A stretch of DNA of 63,413 nt, filler included, from Octopus bimaculoides (taxonomy: Eukaryota): assembly GCF_001194135.2 (NCBI RefSeq). It is 5 parts of 5 records of this genome, joined end to end, with 100 filler letters (N's around TTAATTAATTAA, not from the genome) between each part and the next. Parts side by side here need not be neighbours in the genome. Positions count along the whole stretch, not along the records: positions 1 to 22,343 come from NC_068981.1; positions 22,444 to 45,684 come from NC_068996.1; 3 more parts are not named here. The stretch is one strand, 5' to 3'. Within the stretch, counting starts at the first letter, position 1. Each line of letters starts with the position of its first letter. Below are positions 11,724 through 24,364 of the stretch, one piece after another. Made by a program: the position numbers and the translations under genes. The notes under the pieces were generated by a model. It was given only the letters and a program-made list of their open reading frames with translations, did no database searches and was not told the origin of the DNA.

Positions 11724-12613
11724 CAAGATGCATTCAAGAGGTTTTGAGACTTTTTGTTTTGCAGAGGTAGTTAAATCTATTCTAGATTATTGTAATTTTA
11801 GTATATCATTACTATACCTCCAACAAGCTAACCTACCAAATTTTGTTATTTCTGATTGAAGGAGACAACTGTAGTACTACTTTGAACGTACCCTGCTAAA
11901 CACTACTTGTCATAGCTGACTAGTTTGGAGGAAGCTCACTATGCAATAAAGTTTTGTGTTAAACTGGGCAAAAGCTCTACAGAACTGCCACTGAAATACT
12001 CCAGACTACTTATGGATTAACTTGTATGAGCTGAGTATGTTTTTCACTGGCACAAGAGGTGCAAGTTTGGTAGAGAGGAGGTGATAGGTAATGAGAGGTG
12101 TGGAAGGGAGAAAGATGTCAGAACATCAGAGCTAGTTGAGAAAATTCATAGTTTTGTGGATGAAAACTCATGTGTATATAAAGACAATACCAATACAGTT
12201 TGAAGTTGGTGTGGCAACTGTACACAAAATCACTTATGAAGATTTAAGCATGTGCAAAATTGGTGCAAAATTTATCACTAGAGTACTGAGTATGAGCATC
12301 CTTGTAACCAACTACTTGATAAAAATGGGCATCAAAACCATCCCTCATCCTCTCTACAGTCCAGACTTTACTCCCTGTGACTTTTGGTCTTTCCCCAAGA
12401 GAACCTCAGGTGCAGTCATTTTGAAGATGGAGGCTGTGGCAAGGGTCCTGGACACCTTCACATTGAAGGACTTCTATGGGACCTTTCTGAAGTGGCTGGA
12501 GCTCTACAAGTGCATTGAAGTCGGAGGATCCTATTTTGACAGAGATTTGTACTTCTTTGAAATTAATGAATTTCTCTCCTGAAAAAGTCTGCAAACTTCT
12601 GGAATGCATCTTG
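11724..12613 (+). mobile_element. Mariner DNA transposon, internally deleted
   Basis: ~30-bp TIRs CAAGATGCATTCAAGAGGTTTTGAGACTTTT / AAAAGTCTGCAAACTTCTGGAATGCATCTTG|TA; transposase remnants AIKFCVKLGKS and PHPLYSPDFTPCDFW (mariner YSPDLAPxD motif). Confidence 0.9.
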
Positions 12614-13233
12614 TATACCCTAAAAGATTAAATTAGTTCTAAAAGATTAAATCGGTTTAAATTAGAACTGCAGATAGAGTAAAGTTTTGGGGGAAGATAT
12701 TAAACCCTTTCATCAGCTGTGTACTTCTCACACAATTGTTTAGCTGTTTGTGATGAACTGTATAAAAAAAAACACTGGAATGTTATGGTGCTATGGTTGA
12801 AGAATCTGATAAAGAGTCTGAAGCCTTGACTCATAAAAATGAAAACCTTGATTTATCAAATAACTATTTAATTTCTGAGGGTAACAATGAAAATAAATCT
12901 CTCCCAGAGATTTGAGAAAACTGTGGGAAGGTCACTGAATAAGTTAGAAAAATATAAAAATCTTTCATAAATCTCTCTTAAAATTGAACAGTTATAAGAT
13001 TTTATTAAATGTGAATATGGAAAAGCAAAAAAAATTTTTTTGATTCTACTTACAACTCACCAGCATAATAAATAATCCTTTTATCATTATAGAAAGGTTT
13101 TAGAAAAAAAAATTGCTTTCCTAAGACTCTGATTGGTTCATTCAGCATCATTTTAATGTCTATTTTTCCATGTTTACATGGGTCAGAGAGAATTTGTTCT
13201 TGAGGCAGATTTTCTAAAGCCATCGACTCTCAC

Positions 13234-13327
13234 CTGTTGGCAACATAGAAAATATCAGATACTGACTGGAATACAATTTAAGGACACTCTTTGCCATATT
13301 GAAATAGAGTTCTTGATAATTTGTGTT
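13234..13327 (-). CDS. Candidate exon (NTNYQELYFNMAKSVLKLYSSQYLIFSMLPT)
   Basis: Acceptor TTCTTCAG|, donor CAG|GTGAGA, 94 nt open in phase 0, in-frame stop just upstream of the acceptor; phase-compatible with 13477-13532. Confidence 0.35.
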
Positions 13328-13476
13328 CTGAAGAATTTACTTAATAACAAAACATTAATCCAGTTATTACTGTTAAATCCAAGGAATAAAAAGAATTTTG
13401 TCACCACTGAATTATATCTGCATTTAAAAAAAAGAAAAAAAAAGAAAAAAAATTCAAAGAGATAAAATGAAGTTAC

Positions 13477-13532
13477 TTTTACATTGTTTCTCCATAATGC
13501 AGAATTGTTGCAAAATGATACTATTTCTCCTG
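13477..13532 (-). CDS. Candidate exon (AGEIVSFCNNSALWRNNVK)
   Basis: Acceptor TTGTTGTAG|, donor AAA|GTAACT; phase 0 end joins 13234-13327 in frame across a 149-bp intron. Confidence 0.3.
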
Positions 13533-14049
13533 CTACAACAATAATACAATAGCATGTATTATTAAGTTCAGAGTGCAAAAAATTGAAAGATTATTTAATG
13601 AATCACAGAACTTCAAAGACAAAGAAATAATGGCTAAGTGTGATGAAGCTGGCTCAGCATGACCATGCTGAAAATGAAAAAAAATTTCATTTTTAAAAGA
13701 CTATGTGAATGCCATGGAAAATGTAAAATCCAAGTTTAAACCAAATGATGAAAATACCAGTGTCAACATTGAACTAAAATGCTTTGAAACTATAGTAATT
13801 AGAACAGAAAAATATCAAAAATTTGTATAAATCTATGTTAATAGTAAAAGCAAATAGTGTTGAGATAAAGATCTTCCCCATCTGCTGGTTTATACATAAC
13901 CACACTAATATCAAGTCTGTCTCATAAACAGTTGATACATTTTATTTTTTGAAAGATTAAATTTTTTTGTAATTTAATTAGGAATTAAATGTCAAAAATG
14001 ATTAATCACATTGCTATAAGGCTTGCACCAATATTATTTTATGTTATTT

Positions 14050-14960
14050 TTTTCTACCTTGATATGGGTTAAGTAGATTTCTGAAGCGGTGTTGAATAAC
14101 TAAATGCCCTTCTTATCACCAACCTTTTAAGTCACTTCCTCCTGATACAGAGGAACATGATGTATCTGTTCTAAATCTAAAATATACACATTGACTTGTA
14201 CACCAAATGCAAAACAAAATGTAAACAGTTTTCTTGTATTTTTTAAAATAATGGAATGCATTTCTATTCACTGTGTCTGAATCTGCTGTTTAGCAACTAG
14301 AACTGACAAAAGGCTGGTCCTTGCTCTATGTGCTTATCTTACAATTGTTTGACACTAAAAATCCTATCTGTAGTTTCTCTACCAAATCTGAATTCACATT
14401 AAGACTCTAGGACAATGATAGAAGATAGGTCTCCAAATAGGTCAATAAGAGTTCAATGAATATCTTACCAAGAGTTACAAGTAAGGAAATACAACAAAAG
14501 TTACTATAGATTGGTTTGAAACCCCTTCCTCTCTGCGATGAAATTAGTATTGCATTTTTTCAGTCTTGTACAAATAGTAAACCATTCCACCCATTGACAA
14601 TCATTGTGATTGTGTGATCAGCCATTTTATTTCTATCATGCTCAATAAACTCAGCTTGTGCTATCAATTCTTGAAGTCTTTTCTGAGTTGATCTGTTTAA
14701 TGGCAATTATTACTTTCTCTATGAAGGTATTACTATTCTTTTCCTTAATACCATGGCTCTGTGGAATGTCTCTGACAATTTCATCCATTGTAAATGCGTT
14801 GTAAAAAAGACTTGTGAATTATCCTGTCCATCCTATAAAATACCTTCAGTATTATTAATCAAGTTGAGGCCATCTTTAGAAAGGAGAGAAGCGGAAATTT
14901 ATTAGGGAAGACCAGATATCTGTTTTTAAAAGTTGTATATGGCTTTAAAGTCTTTTTTTT
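14050..14960 (-). mobile_element. RTE (BovB-like) LINE RT N-terminal remnant
   Basis: Decayed minus-strand translation: LLSKDG...AIKQINSEKTSRID...ISLLVTLGKIF...ESxCEFRFGRETTDRIFSVKQL. Confidence 0.75.
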
Positions 14961-15334
14961 TTTGTCGAAGTCAGTTGAATATTTGAGGATATACTTAACC
15001 CCAATACATTCTTCATAATCCCCAGATATCACTGCAGTAGTGATTTATGGCACTGTCTAAAACTTTATATATGTATTTGGGAAGCAACATTGCATCAGCA
15101 TAAAAGTATGTAAAAATTCATTGCAACAGCTTAGGCAGTTTTTGTTGGCCTCAGTGTCATATAGAAGTCATCACTATCAGATGATAGTGTCACTGTGGAA
15201 TCAGTGGTATTACATGGTTTACTGCTTGGACACTTACCAAACATTTTATTCTTTTATATACTTCAGTACAAAGGTTGTAGCCATGCTGGAGCACAGCTGG
15301 TATAATCATCTTTACAATAGCCAATGTCATGTGA

Positions 15335-15720
15335 TTGGCTTTTGGTGAAGGAGGGAGGTCAATGCTGCTGCTCTCTTTTGAGTTTCTTGCCATGGTGTAG
15401 GGTCATCTGGAACCTTGGACAGCAGGAGGTCAAGCTGTTTCTTGAAAACATCAACTCTTATTCCATGAAGATCCCTCAGATGTTTTGGTAAGACTTTAAG
15501 TTGCTGTGGGCCCTTGAGTCCCAAGCTTTTGCAGTACAAGGTAGCTGGGACTTTTGGAACAGTGCAGTGATGTCCAGTTTGGCAGCTGGTATAGCTTTTG
15601 ATGCCAAAGTTTGGTGCCCACCCCTCCAGGATCTTCCATACATATAATACAAACTGTATAATAAAATTCTTACATTCATTGATATCATTCGAGAGAGATG
15701 CATGTGCTTTGAGTGACATT
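15335..15720 (-). mobile_element. CR1/L2-group LINE ORF2 3' end
   Basis: WKILEGWAPNFGI...KGPQQLKVLPKHLRDLHG..VDVFKKQLDLLLSKVPDDP...RAA, typical of CR1/Jockey-group C-termini. Confidence 0.7.
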
Positions 15721-15899
15721 GCTGGAAGTCTATGCCAAAACTCATTACTGACACAATCTTATGGACACCTGACTTGGATATGCATTCAGTAAAAAATTAT
15801 TTTGACCATCTTTGTGCAGACATGGGATGTTTCTCCTGATCTCAGATACTATGCAGGATCATGATGGGTCTCATGAACAAATCAGCCAATCCTTTAAGC

Positions 15900-16060
15900 T
15901 CAACCAGATCATCATTATCCTCACTATCCTTTAATGTCTGTTTTCCATGCTGGCATGGTTTGGATGGTTTGACCAGAGCTGACAAGCAGGAGAGCTGCAC
16001 CAGGTTCCAGTCCGATTTGGTTTGGTTTCTACAGATGGATGCCTATCCTAATGCCAGCCA
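15900..16060 (-). mobile_element. RTE 3' tail fragment
   Basis: TTCCATGCTGGCATGGTTTGGATGGTTTGACC...TTTCTACAGATGGATGCC. Confidence 0.65.
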
Positions 16061-16834
16061 TAAAAATAAAATCAAACCAGACTAATGATGATGATGATGA
16101 TAATAATAATAGTAATAGTATATGTATGTATGTATACATGTTTATTTTTATGTTCAGTTATATATAATTTAACATTAAAATGAAGAATTACTTCATATTT
16201 ATTAGCAGAGTACATGTTTATTAAACTTTTACAAGAAGTGAGTTGACTGTGACTTTGAAGTTTTGGCCTGCTAGTCTTTATTGAAATGTACTACATCTAG
16301 GTTCTCTTTGGCCAGTTGTTTTCCTTGGTTGGGTGGTACTGTGTGAAATGATAATTAGGCTTGATGTACACATGTCTGGCAAGTGAATGTATAAGGGAAT
16401 AGAAGAAGACAGTGGGGAAGTATGTTTCTAGGGTGTACGTTGATAGGAAGATATTGTTGGAAGATTTTGTTTGGTTTGAGGTGGAGTTGTATTATTGCTT
16501 AGAGTTTAGTCAAACATGGAAATAACACTGTATGCAGATGTGTCTAATTTAGATGTGTCAGATTCTGGTCATGAGACTGTTTGTAAAGAAAGTTGATTTT
16601 TGTTGTGTTTTAGGGTGTTAAGTGAGTGACATAAGGAAGTGACTCCAAGTGGAGGGGAAACTGGTAACACAAAAATGTGGAGGATGAAATATGTGCATCT
16701 CCGCTCTCATATAATTATAATTACAACAGCTGAGATAGTGCTGTATTTAGGAGAGTGATGGAGGGATGGGTATAGGGAAGATGAATCATGTTGATATCTT
16801 GAATACAAAGGCATAGATGAAATATGATTTAGGA

Positions 16835-17060
16835 TCTCATGCTATGGCACCACCTTGAAAAGTTTTTAGTTGAATGAATCAACCCCAGTGCTTAGTTTTA
16901 TTGTTAAGCCTGGTACTTATTCTATCGGTCTCTTTTGCCAAACTGCTAAATTATGGGGATGTAAACACACCAGCCCTGGTTGTCAGTTGGTGGTTGTAGA
17001 CAAACATACACACACACATGATGGGCTTCTTTCAGTTTCTATCTGCCAAATCCACTCATA
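16835..17060 (-). mobile_element. SINE family A, partial
   Basis: Homology to 9685-10110. Confidence 0.7.
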
Positions 17061-17084
17061 TGCATACATAAATGTATATAACAT

Positions 17085-17900
17085 CATCATCATCATAATT
17101 TAACATTCATTGTCCTTGCTGGCATAGGTTGGACGGTTTGATCAGGACTGCACCAGACTCCAGTCTAATTTGACATGGTTTCTACGGCTGGATGCCCTTC
17201 CTAATGCTAACCACTCCTTCGAGAGTGTATTGGGTGCATTTCTATGTCACTGGCACTGGTGCTAGTTACATGACACTGGTATTGGCTACATTGTCTCTGT
17301 GAGGTTCAATGCTTGAATGGTGTTTTTTTATGTGCCCCTGCTCAAAGATCATGTTTCACCACCTTGTACCATACCTTTCTGGGTCTCTATTTTCCACAGA
17401 TTCCTTCCATAGTTAGAGACTGGTACTTTTTACACAGCTGTCCTCGTTCATACACATCACATGACCATTCCAGCGCAGTTATCTCTCTTGCATGCCACAC
17501 CTAATGTCTCTTATGCCCAACTTTTCTCTCAAGATGTTTACACTCTGTCATGCATGCACACTGACATTGTACATCCAGCGAAGGATATTGGCTTCATTTC
17601 TTTCAAGCCTACACATGTCCTCGGTGGTCACAGCCCATGTTTCACTGCCCTGTAGCATAGCTGTTCACACACAGGCATCATACAGTCTGCCTTTCACTCT
17701 GAGGGAGAGATCCTTTGTTGCTAATAGGGGTAAGAGCTCTCAGTTATGCTCTTAGGGCATCCACCTCTACTACTGACTTGGTCACCTAGATAATGGAAGC
17801 TATCAACTACCTCTAGCTAACCCTACTGGCAGTTGATGGAATTTATTTTCTGTACATTTTCAGTGTTTACCTGTGTACCTTCCACACACAAACACTAATT
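17085..17900 (-). mobile_element. RTE LINE 3' end (ORF2 C-terminus + UTR + tail)
   Basis: Homologous to 30130-30660 (LxLRVKGRLYDACV..AMLHGSETW). Confidence 0.8.
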
Positions 17901-18454
17901 TCCCAGTTAATCTTCCTCTGATATTGCTGCTCCTCTTATGTGTCCATAGCTTGTACTGGTTTTTGCAAGGTGTTGTGATGGTTAGTTCATTTGAAATATT
18001 GATTGTTGGTTCATGAGGAGACTGTTGGATTGTTATGTTGTTATTACGGCTGCATTGTTAACTCGTTTGCTGTTACAACACTGGTACAGTGTATCTAAAC
18101 CATCTATCACAATATCATGGTGGCACCATGGCATTTGGAGACAGAGGATACAACACTAGGTTAACTCTAAGGCACCTTGATTCCAGACCTTGCTCCCACA
18201 CTTGAAATTTCTTCACACTCACACACACACACACACACACACATAAGTATGTATGTATGCATGTATATGCTCTCAGCACCATTGACAAGGCTTTATTTGG
18301 CCAAGTGGATGAGAAGTGAACTTTTTAACCACACAATCTTGCTTGTGCCTATATGCATATGGGAGCATATGTGTGTGTGTGCATATGTATACATGAATAT
18401 ATCTCTTTCTATATATGTATTAGCGTGTATGTTTGTATATATTATTATATTTTG

Positions 18455-18665
18455 GATACTCTTTTACTCTTACTTGTTTCAGTCATATGAATGTGGCCAT
18501 ACTAGAGCACCACCTTTAGTCGAGCAAATCAACCCCAGGACTTATTCTTTGTAAGCCTAGTACTTATTCTATCGGTCTCTTATGCCGAACCGCTAAGTTA
18601 TGGGGACGTAAGCACACCAGCATCGGTTGTCAAGTGATGCTGAGGGGACAAACACAGACAAACAA

Positions 18666-18710
<45 letters not shown>
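18455..18710 (-). mobile_element. SINE family A, 3' part
   Basis: CTTGTTTCAGTCAT...CCGAACCGCTAAGTTATGGGGACGTAA...(CA)n. Confidence 0.8.
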
Positions 18711-18714
<4 letters not shown>

Positions 18715-19029
18715 GATTCAAGGTGAATATGGTACTTAAGTTTAGGTACCAGAATTAAGTATGGTATTATCCAAACAATTCCAAATTAAGGTGATTAAAA
18801 ATCAAAATAAGCAACAAAGATATTCCAGGTTAATGCAGTATGATCGTTTCATGCGACTCCATTTATTTAAGCAATGTGAGCATTACATTAAATGTAAAAT
18901 GCAGAGCAATCTTCAGCTGCACAAAGATACAGAAAATTTACTGAAATTTCATTTCGGTAGAAGGACGTATTATTGTAACTACATTTAGACACTCCGGGAA
19001 GGAAGAATATAAAAAAAACATTTTGACTT

Positions 19030-19400
19030 AGCCAGACCAAACAGACTAACAGCGGCAATGTGCCAGATGCCAGTGTCATGTAACTAGCACTCATGCCACT
19101 GGCACATAAAAAGCACTTTTCAAGCATTGGGCCTCACAGAGGCAATGACAGATGTTGTGCATGAGAAGAAGATCCATGAAACCAAGTAAAATCATAGTCA
19201 TGGCAGATACTGGTGTCACACAACTGGTACCTGTGCACACAAAAGTATCCATTACACTCTCAGTGTTAGGAGGGGCATCCAGCCATAGAAACCATGCCAA
19301 ATTAGACTGGAGTCTGGTGTAGCCCACAGCTTACCAGCCCTGGTCAAACCGTCCAACCCATGCCAGCATAGTCAACGGCCATTAAATGATGATGATGATG
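19030..19400 (+). mobile_element. RTE 3' UTR/tail
   Basis: Single copy of the GGGCCTCAxxGAGGCAA unit, then the family tail and (GAT)n. Confidence 0.75.
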
Positions 19401-19454
19401 ATATATATATGATATGATATGATATATATGTGTGTGTGCATGTAGAAGAAGAAG

Positions 19455-19486
<32 letters not shown>

Positions 19487-21904
19487 GTACAAGACTTGTT
19501 GACATAGACCAACACCAGTCTCCCTTTGTGGTCTGTTTGATCACATCAATAATACAAAACCAATTGATCCATACTCTACATTAAATCCAGAATCTAACTA
19601 ATTTTCTTTTAACAAAATCAGAAAGTGTTCATTTGCTGGACATCTACCTAACATGCCTATGCTGTAAAGACAGACATCACTAAGACTACCATTAGATTCT
19701 TGGGAGTCTTCTGTTTCCCTTCATCATGGTTGGGTTGTTCAGTATTTTATCCCTTTGACTACTGCATTTTCACATTTCTGAAGAAAGAAAGGAAAAGAAT
19801 TAATAAATGGTGAAATGTTGGTAGAAGGGAGAATAAAATGAGATCCCAGATGGCTAGATTCCAGTCTATAATAGATAATATTATATTTGTTAGAAGACTA
19901 ATTGAAATCTCGTTGCTTGTCACAATACAGTCTAGATTATTTATTAACATGTTTGTTATAAATTGTTATTGGCATCAAACCTTGTAATGGATGTGTGAGG
20001 AGTGTGGCCAATACATCTAACCAGTGCCAAAACTGATAACTTTTTATGATACTGAATAATCTGTTTTGGAGATTTGGTGCTGTGTGTGTATTAATGTGTG
20101 TGTGAATGTGTGTGTGTGTGTGTGTGTGTGTATGAGAGAGAGAGAATGATGAAGGGAGAAGAAGAATAAGCAATAAGAGTATTAAAAATTAGAGATAAAT
20201 AGATAGATAGATAGATAGATAGATTGACTGATTGATTGATTGATTGATTGATTGATAGATAGAAAAGAGAGACAGACAAAGACAGAAAAGGAAGAAAAAG
20301 AGAGGTGAGAGAGTAAAAGAGAGACTATGTGCTTGTGAATGAGTATGAATGAGTGATAAATAGGTCAATGAAGTATGGAAGAGAAATTGTGTATTGATGA
20401 TTGAAAGAAAAAGTGTGTAGGTGGCTTGGAAGGTGTGTGTGTGTATGTGTGTGTGTTTGGAAGAGAGTGAATGAGTCTGAAACAAGAACTGTATTGGATG
20501 TATTCAAATAAGATTTACGTAGGTAAGAGTTGATGGCTGTATAGTACAATGGCTGCAAGGTTCAAGCAATGAGTTACTGACCCATATGGTCATTAGTTCT
20601 AATTTTAATACTGCCATTAAAGCAAAACATATGTAACTTCTTAATCACATCAACAGTGAGCCAATCTCTACCAGGTTATTCAATCAGCCAGAAATAACAG
20701 CTAAATTTTCCTTAAATCATATATATTAGTGACTATTAATACTGAGAAGTAATATTTATTCCCACTTAAACATGGATCTAATATATATTTTTTTAACAAA
20801 CTCACTGGCTAATCATGACATCAGTACCTGTTCTGGCACTATTTCTGTATGTATTGCTGGTGGGGAGATGAGTTGCTACTATCTCTAGTGGTTGTGCATC
20901 TCTCATTAATAAGACCAAGGAAGGTTGAAATCACATGATCTGGTGGTCTTGGAGCTGGATGGCAGGGATTTATCTCCCCACTGGTGTGCATTTTGCACCA
21001 AAAGTTGATATGACGGTTTCTCTCATGGTATCTACTGCAGTATAGTTTGTTCTAACAGAACATCCATGTTTAAATGGGGATGAATATTACCTTTCCTTAA
21101 ATCATCTCCTACTATTTTAAGCTGAGAATCTAGACTACATTAGATAACATAGTATTAGATATACAATGTTTGAATAAAAGATGCATGGTTATGTTTGGGA
21201 TGATTTTAAATCATAGGAATCTACTTTATCATAAATGTTCTGGGACTAAACAACAATTACAAAAATATAGAATTTTCTTCAAAAATAAAGCACAATATTG
21301 ACAGTGCAGCATAAACCATTGATTTTCCATCTAATATGTAGTACAATATTGTATCTTGATCAGCTGTAATATCTATTTGCTCAAATACAACACTGAAGTA
21401 TGGAATAGCCAGGATAAAAAGAAAACTATCATACTAGAATACTTTGCAATCAAAGGATTGCATTTAATCCAGCCAATGATGTGAAGCAAAAGAAATAAAT
21501 TAGTGAATTCCCTCTTGTTCAGTTCTCAGATAACTACAACTGTCAGGTAACCAACACCCAGAAAAATATAAAAGAAAATGTGTTGTTAATTAGAGTCAAG
21601 AGAATTTGTGCTGACTTGTGTTAATTGTCATTAAAAGTAATAAGAGTGATGGGGGTAGTAGCTGTAACAGTAGTAGTAACAAAAGTAGTCAAAACTGTAG
21701 TTGTAGCAGCAGCAGCATCAGGTGTAGCAGAAAGAATTTTATTAGTTGTCCTTTCTCTTCTACAATGGTTCAGAAGTAGTTGGTATTTGGCTATGAAAGT
21801 TGTTTCTTCATTGCTGTGTTGCTGTTGCAATGTGTATTGAGCATGTTGGTATAAAGGAAAGATAATAAAATTTGGTTATTTCTTACTTGCATGTTTTCTT
21901 TCTC

Positions 21905-22100
21905 TCTCTACACCTACCTTCCTACCTACCTACCTACCTACCTACCTACCTACCTACCTACCTACTTACCTTCTTACCTACCTACCTACCTACCTATCTA
22001 CCTACCTACCTACCAACATACTACCTACTTACCTGCCTGTTTGTCTGCATATATCTGCCTGTCTGTCTGCATATCTGCCTGTTTGCCTGCCTACCTACCT
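21905..22100. repeat. (CCTA)n/(CCTG)n microsatellite
   Basis: Directly visible; explains the YLPTYLPT ORFs. Confidence 0.95.
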
Positions 22101-22387
22101 ACCCCTCTCTCTCTCTTTATATATATATATATATATATATAATAGTTATCGCCAAGCCAACATGGCAGTCCCAAAATTAGGACGAAAGCTGCCGTGAATT
22201 AGCTCCAAGAAGCCATCGCCTCTAGCTAGCTATGTGACACACGAACCTGTGTCCTTTATAACCTTCGAACAGGGGAGGTCAGCAGCGTCCCCCTGCCGGT
22301 TTGGCATCTGCAGACTAGACTAGTTTCAGGGTGTTGTCCCTTGNNNNNNNNNNNNNNNNNNNNNNNNNNNNNNNNNNNNNNNNNNNN

Positions 22388-22399
22388 TTAATTAATTAA
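22388..22399. other. Artificial gap linker TTAATTAATTAA
   Basis: 44 N + 12 bp + 44 N = 100 bp; stop codons in all six frames; repeated at 45729, 57333 and 61316. Confidence 0.9.
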
Positions 22400-22446
22400 N
22401 NNNNNNNNNNNNNNNNNNNNNNNNNNNNNNNNNNNNNNNNNNNTAT

Positions 22447-22970
22447 ATATCATCATCATCATCATCATCATTGTTTAATGTCCGCTTTCCATGCTAACAT
22501 GGGTTGGATGATTTGACTGAGGACTGGTGGACCAGGATGCGACACCAGGCTCCAATCTGATTTGGCAGAGTTTCTACAGCTGGATGCCCTTCCTAACGCC
22601 AACCACTCCGAAAGTGTAGTGGGTGTTTTACGTGCCACCGGCACGAGGGCCAGTCAGGCGGAACTGGCAATGGCCACGCTCGAAATGGTGTGTTTTACAT
22701 GCCACCTGCACAGGAGCCAGCCCATCAGCTCTGGCAACGATCTTGCTCGAATATCTTTTCATGTGCCACTGGCACAAGTGCCAGGCAGGCGACTAACGAT
22801 CTTGATCGAATGTCTTTTCACGTGCCACTGGCACAAGTGCCAGGAAGGTGACGAACGATCTTGCTCGAATGTCTTTTCACGTGCCACTGGCACAAGTGCT
22901 AGGAAGGCGACATTGGTAACGATCACGCTGGTGCTATTTACGTGCCACACTGGTACAGGTGCCAAGTGCT
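22447..22970 (-). mobile_element. RTE 3' tail with expanded palindromic minisatellite
   Basis: (CAT)n-GTTTAATGTCCGCTTTCCATGCT tail followed by about 6 units containing GTGCCACTGGCAC. Confidence 0.8.
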
Positions 22971-23229
22971 AAACTAATTCACCCTGTAAGCTATTATTTC
23001 ACTTGTCTTTGTTTTTTGAATTTTTTTTGTATATTTTTGAACCATATATGCATATCTATCCTAAAGTTTGAAGCATTGTTTCTTTATTAGAAAAAGCATG
23101 AAGTCAAGCAAGTTATTATGATTTAGCTTATTCTTGTATGATGGTTTCAGTATATAAATAGTGTCATTAGATCTCAAAACTAGAATATGGGGGGAGAGAG
23201 AGAGAGAGTGTATGTTTGTGTGTGAGAGA

Positions 23230-23269
<40 letters not shown>

Positions 23270-23559
23270 TGGAAATAACATTATTACCTTTGTTATCATT
23301 AACGTAGTAATAATATTTAATAATCTTTAATGACATAAGTTCCAGTAGAAATTCTACTATATGTTATTTGTTAAGTGGTGTCAGACATTTTAATTAGTGA
23401 TTGTTGGTGATTATTACTCATAAATGTCATCTGCAAGATGTGAGTAACGATAAAACAATGACAAAAATAATCTGTTTTCAATTCTTCTAGGCATGTAGAC
23501 ATGTAATTGGGTGGGGTCTCTATGGACATGCACTCACTAATATATTCACTCTCCCCACC

Positions 23560-24330
23560 AAGTCCACAAAGCTAGAACAGTACTTCCATTGTGGGTTCAG
23601 AAAGAAAAGCAATGAAAATAGCGGTACAGATAGAAAAACTGCTGTGCATCATCAGTCTTCATTCCTGCTACTCATATGGAAGTAAGGATAATTTAAAGCC
23701 TTTTTTCACTTGGAAGAATTCAAAAACGAAAAAAGTGAAATGAGAACAGTAGAACCAGCATTAACAATACTGGACCACAAAAGTTGCTGTTACCAAAGAA
23801 TCACCAGTAAGTTCCTGAAATAGCAAAAGAAATTTACGTATTTTTGATTTCCAAATCTAATGATCAGGGATGCTGAATAATCCTGTTGAGTTATAATCAT
23901 GAAGAGGACATGGTCTACAAACAAGGCTGACAGATTGTTGTGGGCAGTGGGAAAATTAAAAAAAAACTAAATGTACTCCCACCCAAAAGAAAATAACTTA
24001 GGGAAGATAAGTACAATGTTGGCAGCGCAGCGCATATCCCCTGGAAATATATAAAGTTCACTGTGTTTTGGAAAGCAGACAGAAAATAATTAGATGATTT
24101 TAAACTCTGTCAAGATCCAGAAAAAGATCAAGAACAGATTTATGAAATTGGTACATTCAAGAGACAGACTGTAGATGAAAACTTTTCCCAGGTTTTTGAA
24201 TTACTGTAACCTAGCCAACAAGAGTACAAAGGTTCTTTTTCAAATACTCCAATATCTGAGTTACTTATGGGCTCTTTCAAGATTGACCATTTTCAGTATC
24301 TAGATGCTGGGTACATGAAGTAGAAAGGTG
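23560..24330 (+). mobile_element. Highly decayed L1/Tx1-like ORF1 remnant
   Basis: Patchy similarity to the other ORF1 remnants (SERKAMKIA..., KGSF.NTP near the C-terminus); many stops. Confidence 0.35.
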
Positions 24331-24364
24331 GGCAGGATTGTGTGGTGCTTTAATCAAACTCAAG

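Noticed and set aside
14095-14165. Candidate minus-strand exon (FRTDTSCSSVSGGSDLK) phase-compatible with 13532
   Set aside because: It is collinear with the decayed RTE RT region continuing from 14250-14960.
15230-15330. Minus-strand exon ending at a strong GTAAGT donor near 15233
   Set aside because: The sequence is a SINE tail (TGCTCCAGCATGGCTAC...).
19640-19790. Minus-strand exon after a strong polypyrimidine acceptor near 19787
   Set aside because: All three frames hit stops within 13 codons and no good donor precedes them.
22388-22399. TTAATTAATTAA islands between N runs (also 45729, 57333, 61316) as a conserved motif
   Set aside because: Always 44 N + 12 bp + 44 N = 100 bp with stops in all six frames: an assembly gap placeholder.
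22620-22970. CRISPR-like array of palindromic repeats with variable spacers
   Set aside because: The spacers are homologous to each other, the array lies in an RTE 3' UTR of a eukaryote, and there are no cas genes.
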